DNA from: Azolla caroliniana
Taxonomy: Eukaryota; Plantae; Polypodiophyta
Reading direction: 5' to 3'
Length of the DNA: 64,000 nt
Assembly (NCBI GenBank): GCA_043228905.1
Contig: JBHGNT010000010.1
Coordinates: forward strand, 12,276,001 to 12,340,000
Made by a program: the position numbers and the translations under genes. Shown here piece by piece: positions 1 to 13,635 of the stretch. The stretch's first letter is position 1. The number at the start of each line of letters is the position of its first letter. The notes beneath the pieces were generated by a model. It searched no databases, had not been told where the DNA came from, and saw only the letters and a program-made list of their open reading frames with translations.

Positions 1-1290
1 GACGTTTTGCTTTTCTAGACTAAGAGATGGGTCGGATGCTGGGTAAATTAAGATTTTGATGGACAAGACCATTGTTTTTTTATTGATGCAATGTAAGGGA
101 CCACCAAGGGACGTATCAACTCGGTACATTGGCAAGAGAAATATTATCAAAGTGGGTAAATGGGTTTCGATTGAAACCAAACAAGTGACTGATGCCGAAA
201 AATCCCTTTTTGACAACGAAGCTGAATGACCAAATTGACAGTCTACGAGTCGACCAAACCCACTCAGTATCAACCTCGGTTGATCAACTTCCTCTAACAT
301 GAGAGGTCATAACTGTGAAATTAATGTACTATAAGGAAAAAAGGTACTTTCTTGACACATTTTTTAAAGCATTTATTTATAGTCGGCACACCACATCATG
401 AAAAGTATATTCTAAGTACAGATTGTGGACATGTGGTCATTAAAGTAATCGTAGAAAAATATATTCTAATTTAGGCTATTACATCTCGGAAAATGGCGCG
501 ACCACATAAAGATGGGACTCGCACAAAACGCTACATTTCTTAAGAACACGAAGCAACAGGAGCCCATTGCAACGTAGACAACAATCATCTAAGGCCGCAG
601 ACGAGCCCAAGTTCAACCATGCCAATTGGAATTTCGGATCATCTTAGGACATGGCTCCAAAATCACGGCTTGGGAGGTTTTCTCAAAGTAGCCGAAGCTC
701 TACCCCACCATCAAGCTATGGAGGTAGCAAAGAAAGTCAACATCGACAAACTCACAAATAAACAAATATGACAAATCTTGAAAGAAAAGAATGAGGGGGG
801 GAATTAAATGGAGGCGACTGAAAAGGACATATTCAAGTCCTATTTCGGGGAGTACTCAACTTTAGCAAAGGCATATCGAACTTAGGGAGGTCTAGATGTC
901 TTTTTCCGTGAAGTTGCGAAAGTCTTACTAGAAGTAGTCTATCTAAACCCTAAAACGTATTGTATGCCAAAGAATAAGGCAGGTTTCATTATCGCAACAT
1001 ATGAAGGGGAGACAATTGAATGAGGCTTCATTACAAGAGCCACACTTCAAGCACACCTACTAGCTATCAATGGTGGGAAAGTCGTGATTCCGATCATTGC
1101 ACAATGGCTTACCCTATTAGACCCAATGACATTAACCATAAAGGGACGTAAGACCCCAAAGAAGGACAAGGGGTAGCCATCTCAGTCATTGCCAAAGCAA
1201 TCGGCATGATGTTAGTTATTGATAGGACCACACATGGAGTGACAAGAAGGTCTAACCACAACAACAAAAAGCCAGCCGACAGAGAGGGTA
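1..1290 (+). mobile_element. Old degenerate Gypsy remnant of the A/B/C lineage: integrase C-terminus plus N-terminal domain of the accessory ORF
   Basis: 1-190 reads ...MGRMLGKLRF*WT...YQLGTLAREILSKWVNGFRLKP, matching the integrase end of element A. About 840-1110 reads YFGEYSTLAKAYRT*GGLDVFFREVAKVLLE...KAGFIIATYEGETIE*...IIAQWL, matching ORF 15272-18322. Multiple stops; right boundary approximate. Confidence 0.8.
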
Positions 1291-3150
1291 GAGTTGAAAC
1301 TCGATTGTGGTTGAGTACGCTTCTCATTATTTTCTTGGTAGAAACACACCAAAGCCCAAGTAGAGGACTCCCACGAATCGAAGGATTTCATTGGGAGTCC
1401 GTATTTAGACAAACCTCATGTCGACACACTACCAAAGGATCTGGAGGTGTTGCTATATTGTTTCGGAGAGAGCTACATAATAGGATAGAAATACTAAGGA
1501 CAGACCCAGAAACTCGTTTTATGTGGGTGAAAGTCTTCACTAGCAAGGATTAGGCTGTATTTTTCGCCGTTTGTTATTTTCCCCTGAAAGGATCCTGTTA
1601 TAATATGGTTGGAGAGGCGAGACTAGTTGATGAAGGAGTGCCACATGGCCCTTCTCCATACAAATCTTTATCAGATGACATAATCTGATATTTTTCCCAA
1701 GGAGAAGTCTTCCTTGTAGGAGATTTCAATGCAAGGACCCAATCCCGACAATGCACAATATTTCAGATGGATAGAAACCTAGAAATGGTAAATGTTGATC
1801 CTTTAGACATAGGCACCACACATAGATCAAAAGATCAAGGTGCGGACGCCACAAGCTTTGGCCATCATCTGCTCGAACTTGGTAGTCGACATCAGATGAT
1901 CATATATAATGGTTTGGCCAAGTGGCCATGCTTGGAAGAGCTCACATGTTTCCCACACGGAGGAGAGGAAAGCACAATTGATTATCTAGTAGGACACCTT
2001 GAAGTTATCCACATGATTAACTCCTTCCGGGTGGCCCCATGTCTTATTGGCGCGGACCATAGATTTTTATACTTTGAGCTCAAATGCAATATCTCCAATG
2101 TCACCAACTCTAGTCAACCAAGCCATCATACCACAATACATTTCACACATGAGCTCTCTGACATATACTCCCGACATGTTGAGGCCCATCTCTCCTCTCT
2201 TGATTCCTCCTTGCCTTTAGAAAGCCTTACTACGGAACTCACACACATCCTTCACTCCGCAACAATTAACAGTTCCCATATACAAAGCACTCCAATCAAG
2301 GTAGACTAGGGTCTATGCCACAAAAATAGATGGTATGATGAGGATTGTAGGGACTTACATAGACAACTTAAAGTATCTCAACTCAGTCACTACTATTACC
2401 TCAATACAAGACCACAAAGAAATGTGCAAGATGACACGTCGTAAGAGGCGCGCGTGGGAAGCATCCAAATATTGGGAAATCTACGATATGCTCAAATAGT
2501 AGCAATTGCGCCACTGCATGGAAGAGACTACTGGAATGAAGACCACAACACTTGGTGCAAACCAACCACCCATTCCAATGCCTTCTATACCCCGACCTAT
2601 CATGGCAACACTTTTCACGACCTCTAGGGTCATGAAGATCATAAAGACATTACAACATAATGAACCACGCAGGATTGTGTCAAGCAGAACACGTCATATA
2701 TGTGCAAGAGTGCTTAGATCCCTTTCTAACTCTAATCTTCAATCATGCCCTCGCCGAGGGTTTTCCACCACAGTGGTCCCATACATAAAGGAGGGGACCC
2801 CATGGACCCAAATACATATAGGACCATTATGATAGGTCATTTCTTGCTAATTTATATGGTGAAGTAATGGAAGCAAAGCTTAGTGATTATATGGAGAACT
2901 TCAATCTTCGAACACCTGAACAAGCTGGTTTTAGATGAGCCTTCTCTACTACTGATCATATCGTCACACTTAGATGCTTAATTGACCAAACAAAGGCTCA
3001 TAAGAAGAAATTATATTGTTGGTTTGTGGACTTCCGCAAAGCCTTTGACACAATCCCTAGAGAGTGGTTGTTTGATAGGCTTAAAAGCTTGAAGATACTA
3101 GATGACATGATTTGAGCTATCTAAGCACTATATGAACAAGTCACTGGGTT
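1290..3150 (+). mobile_element. Decayed non-LTR retrotransposon (LINE): APE endonuclease and N-terminal RT
   Basis: Endonuclease motifs GSGGVAILFR, GDFNAR, STIDYL and ADHR. RT motifs QAGFR, STTDHIVTLRCLI and FVDFRKAFDTIPR. Frameshifts and stops; boundaries approximate. Confidence 0.85.
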
Positions 3151-3725
3151 GGTTGTACTTTGCATTTCTGCTTCATCAAGAGAGAGGTCGAGTGGTGTAG
3201 GTGTGTCCACATTCATCGTCTCCCCTTGTTCCTGAAAAATTACATTAGTTACATGTTGGTGGTGCATACTAAAAGGGTTATGGTTAACACTTTGTAATTT
3301 ATTCTTCCTATGTTGTTTTCGCTCTAAGATATACCTACCTAGTCTCTTTATATCTAGGGTATCTAATAGTCTGGAGAGGGTGGGTGAGGGTCCTAGTATG
3401 TCTTGGTATTTCGCCCTTATCTCGGTATAAGTTGGACACTTGCATGTAAAGTGATACTCATCCTCTATCTCTATGTGACATAACCTACATAGCCTTTCCT
3501 CTCTAGGAACTCTATTAGCACGACCATTCTCAATCTCAAGAAGTTGGTGAGATAATTAATATCCAAAGTTGTCCAATCGCCACCCTTAGTGCATTTGATA
3601 AGAATGTATGTTGTGGATATTTTGGTGGTGTAGTAATAAAACCTAACTTAGAGAAGTGCAAGAAGTGTTCCTTAGATAGATGTAGTACAACAATCTGTTT
3701 AGATAGTAGGGAGTGGCCCTCGTGG
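3150..3725 (-). mobile_element. LINE 3' end (C-terminal CCHC domain, RTE-X-like) in opposite orientation
   Basis: The minus strand of 3421-3552 translates SHQLLEIENGRANRVPREERLCRLCHIEIEDEYHFTCKCPTYTE, a Cx2C...Hx4C LINE C-terminal motif. Confidence 0.75.
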
Positions 3726-3728
3726 GGG

Positions 3729-4121
3729 GAGAGAGAGAGAGAGAGAGAGAGAAAGAAAGAAAAGAAAGATATATTAACGTCTTCTAAGGCCAAAATTGGC
3801 CCATGAGACAAATGGTGTACAACAAAAATGGGATATTTACCCATTCATCGAAAGTAAAAATAAAAATAAGATAAAATAGAGTTTAAGCTAAATAGTTCTA
3901 AGAAAACAACAAACATGTTCTATATAAAAAACATGTTCTACAATGAGAATGATTCTATACTAGGCCTAATTTCATTTCCATCCAAGTCTCTCTCTCTCTC
4001 TCTCGAGAGGATATATATATATATGTTATCATGTATATGTATGTATGTATGTATGTATGTGTACATACATATGTATACGTATATATATATGTATATGTAT
4101 ATGTATGTATATGTATGTATC
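3729..4121. repeat. Microsatellite cluster: (GA)n, (TC)n, (TA)n/(TATG)n
   Basis: Seen directly at about 3729-3752, 3987-4004 and 4010-4121. Confidence 0.95.
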
Positions 4122-4957
4122 TGGAAAGACAGCGACGCATCGATGCAGACCCCTAAGAAGCAAAATCAGAGGCAGACGCAGACCGCAGAGAGGCAGAAGA
4201 GTCTGATCGAAGCTCCAATCTTTCGTGGCCCTGGGGGAGGGTTCCTTTTCCCACAGGTAGTCCTCGTAAACCAGATTTGCTCTTCCTTCCTCCCTTTCTT
4301 TTCGAATCTCTTTGCCCAACCTGTTTGTTTCTGTAACCTCTCAGGGAATTTATGGACATGGATATTTGAGAAAAATGATATGAAGGAGGACGACGAGATA
4401 TGTGTGGACCATTGACTTTCCTCTCTCTTTCTGCAACAATACATGGTAATTGAATCTTTCCAAGTCTCTCTTTATGTTCATGTAACTTTGATATTTGTGT
4501 TTTTATTATGGTTGAGAGATGCAGAGGTGTGGAGGCATGTTTGGATTTTTAGGAAAAGTTCCTATCCCGCTGGAAATTGCCAGAATTTCTTTAATGCTTA
4601 GAGGGGAAAAGCTCACTAATAAATACCCATGTTTTCTGCTATTTTCTCTGAATTCTCCTGCTCAAGTCTGGAATGAGAGAGGAAATAGGGGAAGAATCTA
4701 CCGTAAAGGTTTGGTGCGACACATACAATTGGTGAAATGAAGAGTTGATGGGGGAAATTTGATTCCCCCTAAGTATCTGTTATTTCCCTGATCGCCCCCT
4801 GCTCAGCCTGGGAATGAAAGAGATAAAAGGGGATGAATTGATTGTAGAATGGCTCTGTCAGCACACGTAATTGCTCCAGAGGCATTTCAAAGAGGGCAAA
4901 TTCATGCAAACAAAATAACAAAAACTTAGAGGCATTTGCGGAAAATCTGTATTTTGG

Positions 4958-4959
<2 letters not shown>

Positions 4960-5006
<47 letters not shown>
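4960..5006. repeat. (TC)n microsatellite
   Basis: Uninterrupted TC run of about 23 units. Confidence 0.95.
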
Positions 5007-5010
<4 letters not shown>

Positions 5011-5750
5011 TGATTATAAGGTTGGGATTTCCACGACCAGTTGGTAGACCTATTTGTGGCCACAAATTCTAACTTCTGGTGTTCCAATTATTAGTACTAT
5101 TACATAACCTGAAAAATAAAACTCATGTTTCAATAGAGAGATTCTTATTGCTGCTAAGACTTGTAATGGAAAAAAGATGTAACTTGAAAGTATGTTATGA
5201 ACTGCATTTTCTTATGGAAATAGATTTGCATTTCATGGGATTTGGAGTTTTAGTCTCATCAACAATGGGTTCCAACTACACACATGGAGAATGCAGGTAA
5301 AGAGTAATTTAAGTAAAATTGAAGAAAAAGCATCGTTTGATATAAGAAGGAAACAAGGACAAAAATAGCTCCTTTTGATAATCCAGTCACGATAAATACC
5401 ACAACCACCTATGGAAAATTTTCTAGTAATGGAAAAGTATGCCCTTATTCAACTCTTGAGAAACATGTTCAATACGTTGAAACGTGTTTCAATGTGTCTT
5501 GATGGCCTTAGAATCTAAATGCAGCTAAATCATTTTGTTTGTTTGCGTGGGCCCAACACCAGATGCTCGGTTTCATCCATTCATGTTGGTGCATGTCACA
5601 TGAATGTGGGTACCTTATTGTCTCTAAGCCAGAATTTGGGATCTTGCTGGATTTCAATGAGTTTATAACGTTTTCTAATCTAAAATGTGTCAGATGTATA
5701 CTCTACATGGGATAAAATGTCTAGATGATCGCACTGGCAAGCATTAGGAA

Positions 5751-8700
5751 ATGCCACCCAAAAGTTCGAAACGCGAAGGTGATGGCGATGTCCAAGGCCT
5801 CCTTCTTGAAAAGGATTTGGAAATCGAGACACTCTTAGATAAGATTTTCAGGCTTGAAAAGAGGTCTGAATCACTTGAAACTACCATGGAAAAGCAGCAA
5901 ATTGCCACGAAAGAAATGGAGGAAAAGCTTCAAGATGTCATAACTTGTTTGACTGGGTATTTAAATTACATTTTCTTTTGTAAACGTTCAAAGTCTTTGA
6001 CTGAAGTTTATTCTTTTGCTGGCTATCGTTACAATGTCAATGTATTCTTCTTTTCAGTGAGTTAAAAGTCAAACAAGAGAAGGTTTATGAGCTAGAAAAT
6101 GAGTTGAAGAATTTGATAGCTGATAGCACAAAAACGATTGAAGATCTTACGAAAGAGATGTATGAACTACAGAACACTCACAAATTTACAGTCGATGATT
6201 TGCATCTTCAATTGGCAAATGCACAAGTACAGTTACGAGACATTGATGAGTTTACGGCGAAGAAGATTGCCATAGAACAAGAAATTGCAAAGTACAATGT
6301 TCAATAATAAATATTGCTGATTAAGAATGTTTAATTTCCATAAGTTTATACGTCGTCTCTCTAAATGTGGTACAAGAGTTGGGAAGAAAGAGAGGGTAAG
6401 AAGAGAATGAATATTTTTATAGAAGCTTCTTTGGACCAATTCCCATGGATATGCATGGTTCATTCACAAATAGCCTTTCATAAATATATCTTTCATAAAC
6501 CAAGGAATCAATCAACATTGCTGTATTCTTAGTCTTTAAGGTTCATATTTGTGCTTAACTTATAAATTTTGTTTTATTTCCATCATCCTAGTGCGTCTGT
6601 GGAACCCCCATTGGATATGTATGGGGTTCCACAGAGAGGGTAAGAAGAGAATGAATATCTTTATAGAAGCTTCTTTGGGCCAATTCCCATGGATATGTAT
6701 GGTTCATTCACAAATAGCCATTCATAAATATATCTTTCATAAACCAAGGAATCAATCAACATTGCTGTATTCTTTGTCTTTAAGCTTCATATTTGAGCTT
6801 AACTTATAAATTTTGTTTTATTTCCATCATCCTAGTGCGTCTGTGGAACCCCATCGCATGAGGTCCTGAAAGCAGAACAGCTTATGTAAAAATAATAACG
6901 ATAACATCTAGGGGACATACACATGACATGGCATCAATGACCATTGTTAATTCAAACTGTAACGAAGTAATGGTGGATCAGGCTCTTCTTATTACAATAA
7001 ATATTTGCAATATAAAATGCAGTTTGAAAGTGCAGTTTGAGAAGGAGAGAAAAGAACATGAAGAGGCTATAAGTGATACAGAGAGATCAGCATTGCAAGA
7101 CAAAGAGAGGCTTAAAAAGGAAATAACGTCTCGTATAGAGGATACAAGGATGCTTATGTTACAACAGATGGATGAACAGCTGAATGCTGTAAGAACTGGT
7201 TTTCTTATACAGATTTTGATTTGTGAATACCTTGTATTTCAGAAAATGTGTATAATTTTTCGGTTTACACATTTGTAAATGTAACAGAAAACAAAGAAAA
7301 CAATCATTGAAAACGAACAACTTGGAAAAGAGTTAAGCTATCACATAAGGCAGACACAATTACTTCTACAAAAGAATGAGAAACTAATCCAAGAAAATAT
7401 AGACCTTCACCGGCAAGTGCTCCTAGCAAAAGAGGTTTCTTATAATCGTACATCTCTTCAACATCTTATGAAATTGCTTTTCTCCTTTTCCTCCCTGTTT
7501 AACATTTATTTCAAATTAGCTGGTTTAGAGGCGAGAATAAATTTATGATTCTTTTGATAACCCAAAATCATATGGGTGCTATATGTATAACCTCATTAAT
7601 GCCATAAACAAAGGAGTATGGCAACCTCATTCCTCTCTCCTTCTTCAGTGTTCTCATGAAAGCAAGAACTAGAGATTTCTCTATGAATTTTGGTAACGTC
7701 CTTGCTACTCACCATCATAAATAATTTTTTTATTACAGGTTGAAAATGAATTGGCAAGGAAGAACCATATGAACCAAAGGACAATCCGAATATTGCTTTA
7801 TAAGCTGCGAGGTTATTCCAACCAAAGACTATAATTTCTACAAAGAACAAATGAGCATTGGTTATGTACACACATACACACACACATATCTATATATTTA
7901 TATATGTATATATTGTGATTTAAAAACAAAAGATAAATATGATAATAGAATCAAATATTTTTTAAATGCCATTAGAAACATGTGTAGAATACAAGTTTCT
8001 AGTAATGATACAACTCTTTGCATATCTAATGTGAGCATTTTCATATTATTCAAAAGGAACGAAACCAGTTCATGAGCAAGAATCTACTCCATTCACACAT
8101 GAACATGAACTAGAACAATACTACCACCACATCGAAGACCAGGTAATTGTGTCTAACCAGAAATTCACGATGTTATTTTTAGAATATGGTTGTTTGGTTT
8201 TTGTTTGAGTGAAATTCTTGAACAAATATTTGACACCAGGTTAAAAGCTATATCGATGAACAGAAAAGGGCCCTTGACTCCATAAGCAGTGGAGAGGCAG
8301 CCATGAAATTCCTCTATGCTTGTTTAGAAGACATTGAGCTTGAGAAATTTGATTCATCAGAGGAAGAAAATGTTTCTCATCATGAAGTTGACAAAATGAT
8401 ATTGAGTTCGGATGGAACAATAATGGTTCCAAATTCGCTTGATCAATTAACATGTCCTCAAAGGAAGAAACTGTTGATGTTAGTATAACATAGGTTAAAA
8501 CATCGATGTAGAAATAAAGAAATAGTTAATGTCATTTTGGCAGTGAATTTCCCCAGAAAAATATTTTCATTTTGATATATAATGAGATGTTCTTCTGTGT
8601 ATTTCTTCTTCTTGATAGACATCTCCTTAGAACTGCGGTGTCTCTTCGAGCAATCGAACAAGACATGGCGATCAACGTAATGCAAACACAAAAACCAACA

Positions 8701-9145
8701 CCAATGGTGAAAGGTAATTGATTGAATGAAAACTCTACTTAAATACAAAGAATTCAGCAGGATTTTCCACTGTATATGCATATGCATTTTTTGTATGAAT
8801 TAGATCTACTCAATCCAAGCAAAACGGAAGCTGTGTCAGTTGAGGATATTCTCAGCTTTCCGATGAACGATGAAAAACCGACTTTCTTGTGCAATGTTGG
8901 AAGGACAAGTAGCCGAGTTTCAGTTGGCACTCAAACGAAATCGATGGTATGTGTGCATTTTGAGGATTAACATAGAAATTGCTTCACAAAAAGAAATGAT
9001 TTCTTCATTTTCTCTCCTTAATTAATAGAGGGGTTGTTGGGCTTTGAATCCTCAAACTATTGCTTCCTACAAGAACCCGAACGAGTATGCTGAAGATAAT
9101 AATTATCTTTACTTTTCCATTGCCAGAAATTGGAGGAAAGATTAG
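5751..9145 (+). CDS. CFAP157: Cilia- and flagella-associated protein 157-like coiled-coil protein, spliced, about 501 aa
   Basis: Phase-consistent GT-AG exons: 5751-5956, 6058-6291, 7023-7188, 7288-7434, 7739-7811, 8057-8142, 8240-8478, 8619-8713, 8804-8946, 9029-9145 (last exon least certain). The product MPPKSSK...LRDIDEFTAKK...ERSALQDKERLKKEI...KTKKTIIENEQL...ELARKNHMNQRTIRIL resembles recalled CFAP157 motifs (LEEFRLQK, DKDRLRKEI, TTKRAIKEN, MARHKRGHQKII). Confidence 0.8.
6389..6854. repeat. Tandem duplication (period 244 bp) in intron 2, with a hairpin at the junction
   Basis: AGAGAGGGTAAGAAGAGAATG... starts at both 6389 and 6633. An inverted repeat CTGTGGAACCCC...GGGGTTCCACAG spans 6597-6634. 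Confidence 0.9.
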
Positions 9146-10849
9146 CACTTGATATAGAAGACCGGTTGCGGACTCACAGTTCAATGGGCTGAAGTAGTAC
9201 TATGTTATAAAAGAGTCTGAAATTGTTGATGATAACTTGTTTTAAATGCTCCACAAAAGCCAATTAATGAATAAGAATGAGAGAAAAAAATTACAAGATT
9301 GAGAATTGAAAGGAGTGTATGAGGAAGAATAAACCTTGAACATCAAACATTTCGTGTCACATCTCTAGTAGTTCTAGACAACAAATTCACATTTTCTTCT
9401 TGGATATACTCACAATGGATAACATTGAAAAGGATTCCCAGAGAAAAATTGAAATGCAAGTATTTCTGTTCCCCCCCAAAACATTCTTTGATGTACAGGA
9501 AGATTCCTTCTAGGTGTAAAAGTTAAATTATTAGATTGTATGGCAGCATGGAGCAAATTTGCCAACCTGATGCAGTGGTGTGAGTGAACTGGTTTTTATC
9601 TGAATCAAATGATGATGGATTGTTGTGTACTCTTTAGTGGGAACATGAGTTCTGTGACCATTATGATAATGGATTGAGCTGAATTGTAGAAAAATGCCAA
9701 GAAGGATAACTATGGACCTTTGTGTTTGGGCATTTATCATATAAATTATGGAAGTAGGTTGCCGCAGGAACCTTATTTTTCAACACTGAATTGTTGGTGA
9801 AGGTAGGGTAACTGAAATGTGAGTCGTGACAGTCTACTGAACAATTGTTCACTGAAGTCATGGGGTTTGAAGACAAATATTAAAAGAAAGGCTAAACATT
9901 GTTGAGGACATCAATGATGATGTATTCTCCTAAGAAAAAGATCACGAGTTGGATTGTGTGAAGCTCTTACACCATATTTTATTACACTTTGTGAAGGTGG
10001 CTAATTACAATTCATTTTATAGCTTTGCATTCCCATCTTGCAAATTAGTAATGTCTTACCATTGTTCAACTTTGAACAAAAAAAAAATCATATTCTTGTG
10101 CGTTTAATTTTGCATTGCTGAGTTTAGCCACATTTCTGAACTTTTTAAGTTTACATTTGTGGCATCTTTTGTTAAAAAACCTTGTGTTCTTTCCAGCCTT
10201 TGTGTTATCCCATCTATCAGACAATGCAAATAATCCATATTTGCCAATCCATCACACTCTATACTTTGATAAGCATGTACACCTTTATCCCCTTCCACCA
10301 TCCACTCATTGTTGAGGTTATTCATCTTGATTTCGTTGAATCATCATTCTTGATTTTATTGGATTATCTAGATTGGTTGAATAATCATTTGCTTGCTTAA
10401 GTTTCGTTGAATCATTGTTTACATAAAATAATTCATCCCCTTGAAAAAAGCGTACATGGTTTGTGCCCACATTCTTCTTTGTCTGTTTCTGGAGTGCTTG
10501 ATGGGGTTGGTGAAATTAGAACCATCAAATACTTGGAATTGATAATTCCCATTGGCTCCACATCTATTGTGATCATGGTTTCGGTGTGCTTATACATTCC
10601 AAAATTTCTATCTTGAACTTACAAAGAATGTAGTTGATGTTGAAAATCCCCTTGAGGGTTGTGACTCTCGGAATTCCAGTTCTAATACCAGTAGAATCAA
10701 TATTTCTTGAATATGTAGCTGTATAAACCTGGCGTTAATTGATGCTGGATCTCCTCGTGGAACTCTTGTTGAAGAGAAAAGTGTAAAACCTTGTAGCTAT
10801 AACACCATGCTAACTACTATGTGGAAACATAAGAAGGCATAGAGAAGAC

Positions 10850-12176
10850 AAAGACATTTGTATAATAAGCAAAGTGTTCTGGTCTTATGTTCTCCCAAGT
10901 AAATAGACACATGTATAGCTACATGGTTGAAAGTGAATAATTGACCTCAGCACAATCTCACTACGTAGATCAACACAAGCAACTACTTTGATAGTGCCTC
11001 TAGACTTTATCAAAATGGCGATAGTTGATACGCAGTTGCCATGGTATATCATATATTATCTCTAAAAAGACTCATCCTAGAATACCATATTGTGTCCATT
11101 CTTAATAATCCTCAAATTGAGGATCAGTCTCACCTTCTTTGGATTGACCAAGTCAAAACAAAGGAATAGAAAAAGGTTTGACATCATGTGCAAGATTGAG
11201 ATTTGGTTAATAATGCATGGAAGTATTGGCATAGGTGGTAGTTGTCTAGAAAAACATCTCAAAACTCTTGTAAGAGTACCAAACAAACATTGCTCCCTGG
11301 GAACTAGAATGTTTGAGAAAAATATGTACAAAAAGAATTGAAATAGATGGCCTATAGCATATTGAAATAAGTGCTATCAAAGTGAAAAAGAACTACGCTA
11401 AAGTTCATTTGATAAGTTCATGCAAAGGAAGCAAATCTAATGAGATTGACAAGATTGGGAAGTTACTTAGATGTTCAGTATAAATCTCAAGAATTCAAGA
11501 TTAGCCTAAGGTCAAGAGACATGGCCTTTGCTGTTAATGCTTTTGTTGGAGTCCGTGGCATTACTCTAAAATGTGGCCCTTATTTGTCTAGATGCACAAC
11601 GAAGACTAAATCGCTTAGAGTTGGTTCTTCATTGTTATATCTCTTATAAGGCTTCAAGGCATTGCAAAGTTCACCATGCAATTTTCCTACTAAGTGGAAC
11701 TTAAGAGTTCCATTTCATGTTTAAAATGTAGAAAATATGACTAGGGTGAAATTTATGACATAGGTAAGCATATATGTTAAATGGCTCATAACAAGAATAA
11801 CAATAGAGTTGCTAGAATGTATATCTCCAATTAGGAGGATCTCTTGATCATGTCATTGATATGAGCCATTGTGAAATGTTTACCTTTAAGTTGGCAAAAT
11901 TCAAGCAATCATTATGATAGAAAAAGATAGGCTTTGAACTTTGCTCAGGAAACAATATTCGAGAAATTATCTCATGTCGATACCCCACTAGACATATGAG
12001 ATAAGTTTCGAGAACAAGGTTATTGTGGTAACTCAAAGTTGTTTCGAAAATTACGGGCATGACATAAAATGCCTTTACATGATCTCTATTTCAAATGTTC
12101 ATGGCAGCTCCTCAAGGCCCAACCATGTTGTCTACCTAGAGGCATTGTTGGCACACAAAATTTCAAAAGTGAGTTG
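10850..12176 (-). mobile_element. Highly decayed Copia-like pol remnant (tentative)
   Basis: Only weak motifs: CLVGY near 11990 (integrase-like) and FDLVNPKKVRLILNLRI near 11130 (RT-like). Confidence 0.35.
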
Positions 12177-12650
12177 CGTTGAGCGGACAAGCTCAACCGG
12201 ATCCGGATCGACTGAGTAAGCTAGAGCCGGATTGGTACCTAGAACGAAGAACCGGATCGGTTTCCGGATTGGTACACGAAACCAAGAGCTTGATCGTAAT
12301 CCGGATCTGAATGTAACCGGTAGGCCGTTAGAGGCCTACGACCTAGCCTAGTACGTAGGCATATTTTTAGGAGTTAGTGTCGGTCGCTCGGTACAAGCAT
12401 TGAAGTACATGTCAATACTTCTGTCAATCCTTTTATGGACTTGTATAAAAGTGCTCACTGAGCACATTGTATGTACAAAGTGCTCATTATTTTTTAATTG
12501 AGTTTTACTGTTCTGCTCTCTCTGTCTCTCCCGCTCTCTTTATGTATTCTTGTAGCTTCCATTAAACCTGCAAATATCATCTGTTGATATCCGGTGAAGT
12601 CGGTTACGTCTATGAGCTTCCGCACGTAACTCTTTTCATGGTATTAGAGC
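12177..12650 (+). mobile_element. Copia 5' LTR (12177-12638) plus PBS(tRNA-iMet)
   Basis: Starts (C)GTTGAGCGGACAAGCTCAAC, like the other Copia LTRs at 14100 (-) and 55183 (+). Ends CA, followed by TGGTATTAGAGC (one mismatch to TGGTATCAGAGC). Confidence 0.85.
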
Positions 12651-12749
12651 GTGAGGGTTGAAAATCCTATGTCGTCGACCGAAAGCGCTAAGTACAAAAG
12701 AAAACCTAACTTCCAAAAAAGAATAGGACGAAGAAAGAAAACCCCTGTT

Positions 12750-13635
12750 TTCCCGGTTTCCATTCCGGTTCTCCCCATGTCAGTCTTGGTTCTCCCCCTC
12801 AAGTGCAGCATGTCGAGATGTTGAAGACCAAGCATCTCCGAAAAATGCTGCAAATTGTCGGTCCCAAGTGCCTTCGTGAAGATATCGGCAACTTGACGAT
12901 CTGTTCGGACATACCAGAGGTCTACTTCACCGTTGAGGACCCGCTCGCGCACAAAGTGATAATGCTCTTCTATGTGCTTCGTCCGAGCATGGAACACAGG
13001 GTTCCTTGCTAGTTGCATGCTACTCATGTTGTCACCGTTTCTCATCGCAGGCCGGTTGGGAGTCGGGACGAAGCTTTAGGTTCCGGTCCAGGGGTGTGGA
13101 GAGTGGTCGGCAATCCGTCATGCTGAATTTGTATAGCATATTCAGCACATAGTGTTTCTGAGAGAGCAATATGCTGTTGGGGGTGTGGATCACTTCGATC
13201 TCGAGGAAGTAATGAAGGTCCCACAGGTCCTTCATTTCAAAAGCATCCGACAAATGGAACTTTACATGGCCGATTTCAGCAAGGCTGGGTCCAATGATGA
13301 ATGGACTATCCACGTATAACAAGATACATACCATACCTTTTCGGATGAACAACGAAGAGTCTGACTTTGAGGCGGCAAACCCCATCTTACGCAACCAATG
13401 CCTGATGTTCGAACTGTCAGCATTATACTTTACCTTGTACACCCACTTGCAACCAAGCGGTTTGCAATGTCGGAGAGTGTCAACCAGGTCCCATGTGTCG
13501 TTGGCATCAAGTGCTCGCATCTCTTCCTCCATTGCAACACGCCAATGTGCGTCCTTTGCCGCTTCTGCGTAGCTCTCCGGCTCACGCACCTCCGCCACTT
13601 TTGTCATGTACGCATAGTGATGTGCCATGTACTAG
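12750..13635 (-). pseudogene. Internally deleted Copia RT/RNase H fragment
   Basis: EPESYAEA, CKWVYKVK, LLYVDS, FEMKDL and NPVFHARTKHIE are present, with two large internal deletions. Confidence 0.85.

Noticed and set aside
1290-3725. Twin-priming LINE inversion
   Set aside because: The two pieces meet tail-to-tail, not head-to-head. Separate insertions or a later inversion are more likely.
3915-5065. Short ORFs upstream of CFAP157
   Set aside because: They arise from microsatellites (YIYMY, ERERE) and show no recognisable domains.
9400-10850. Second host gene downstream of CFAP157
   Set aside because: Only short ORFs with no recognisable motif or consistent splice pattern; left unannotated.
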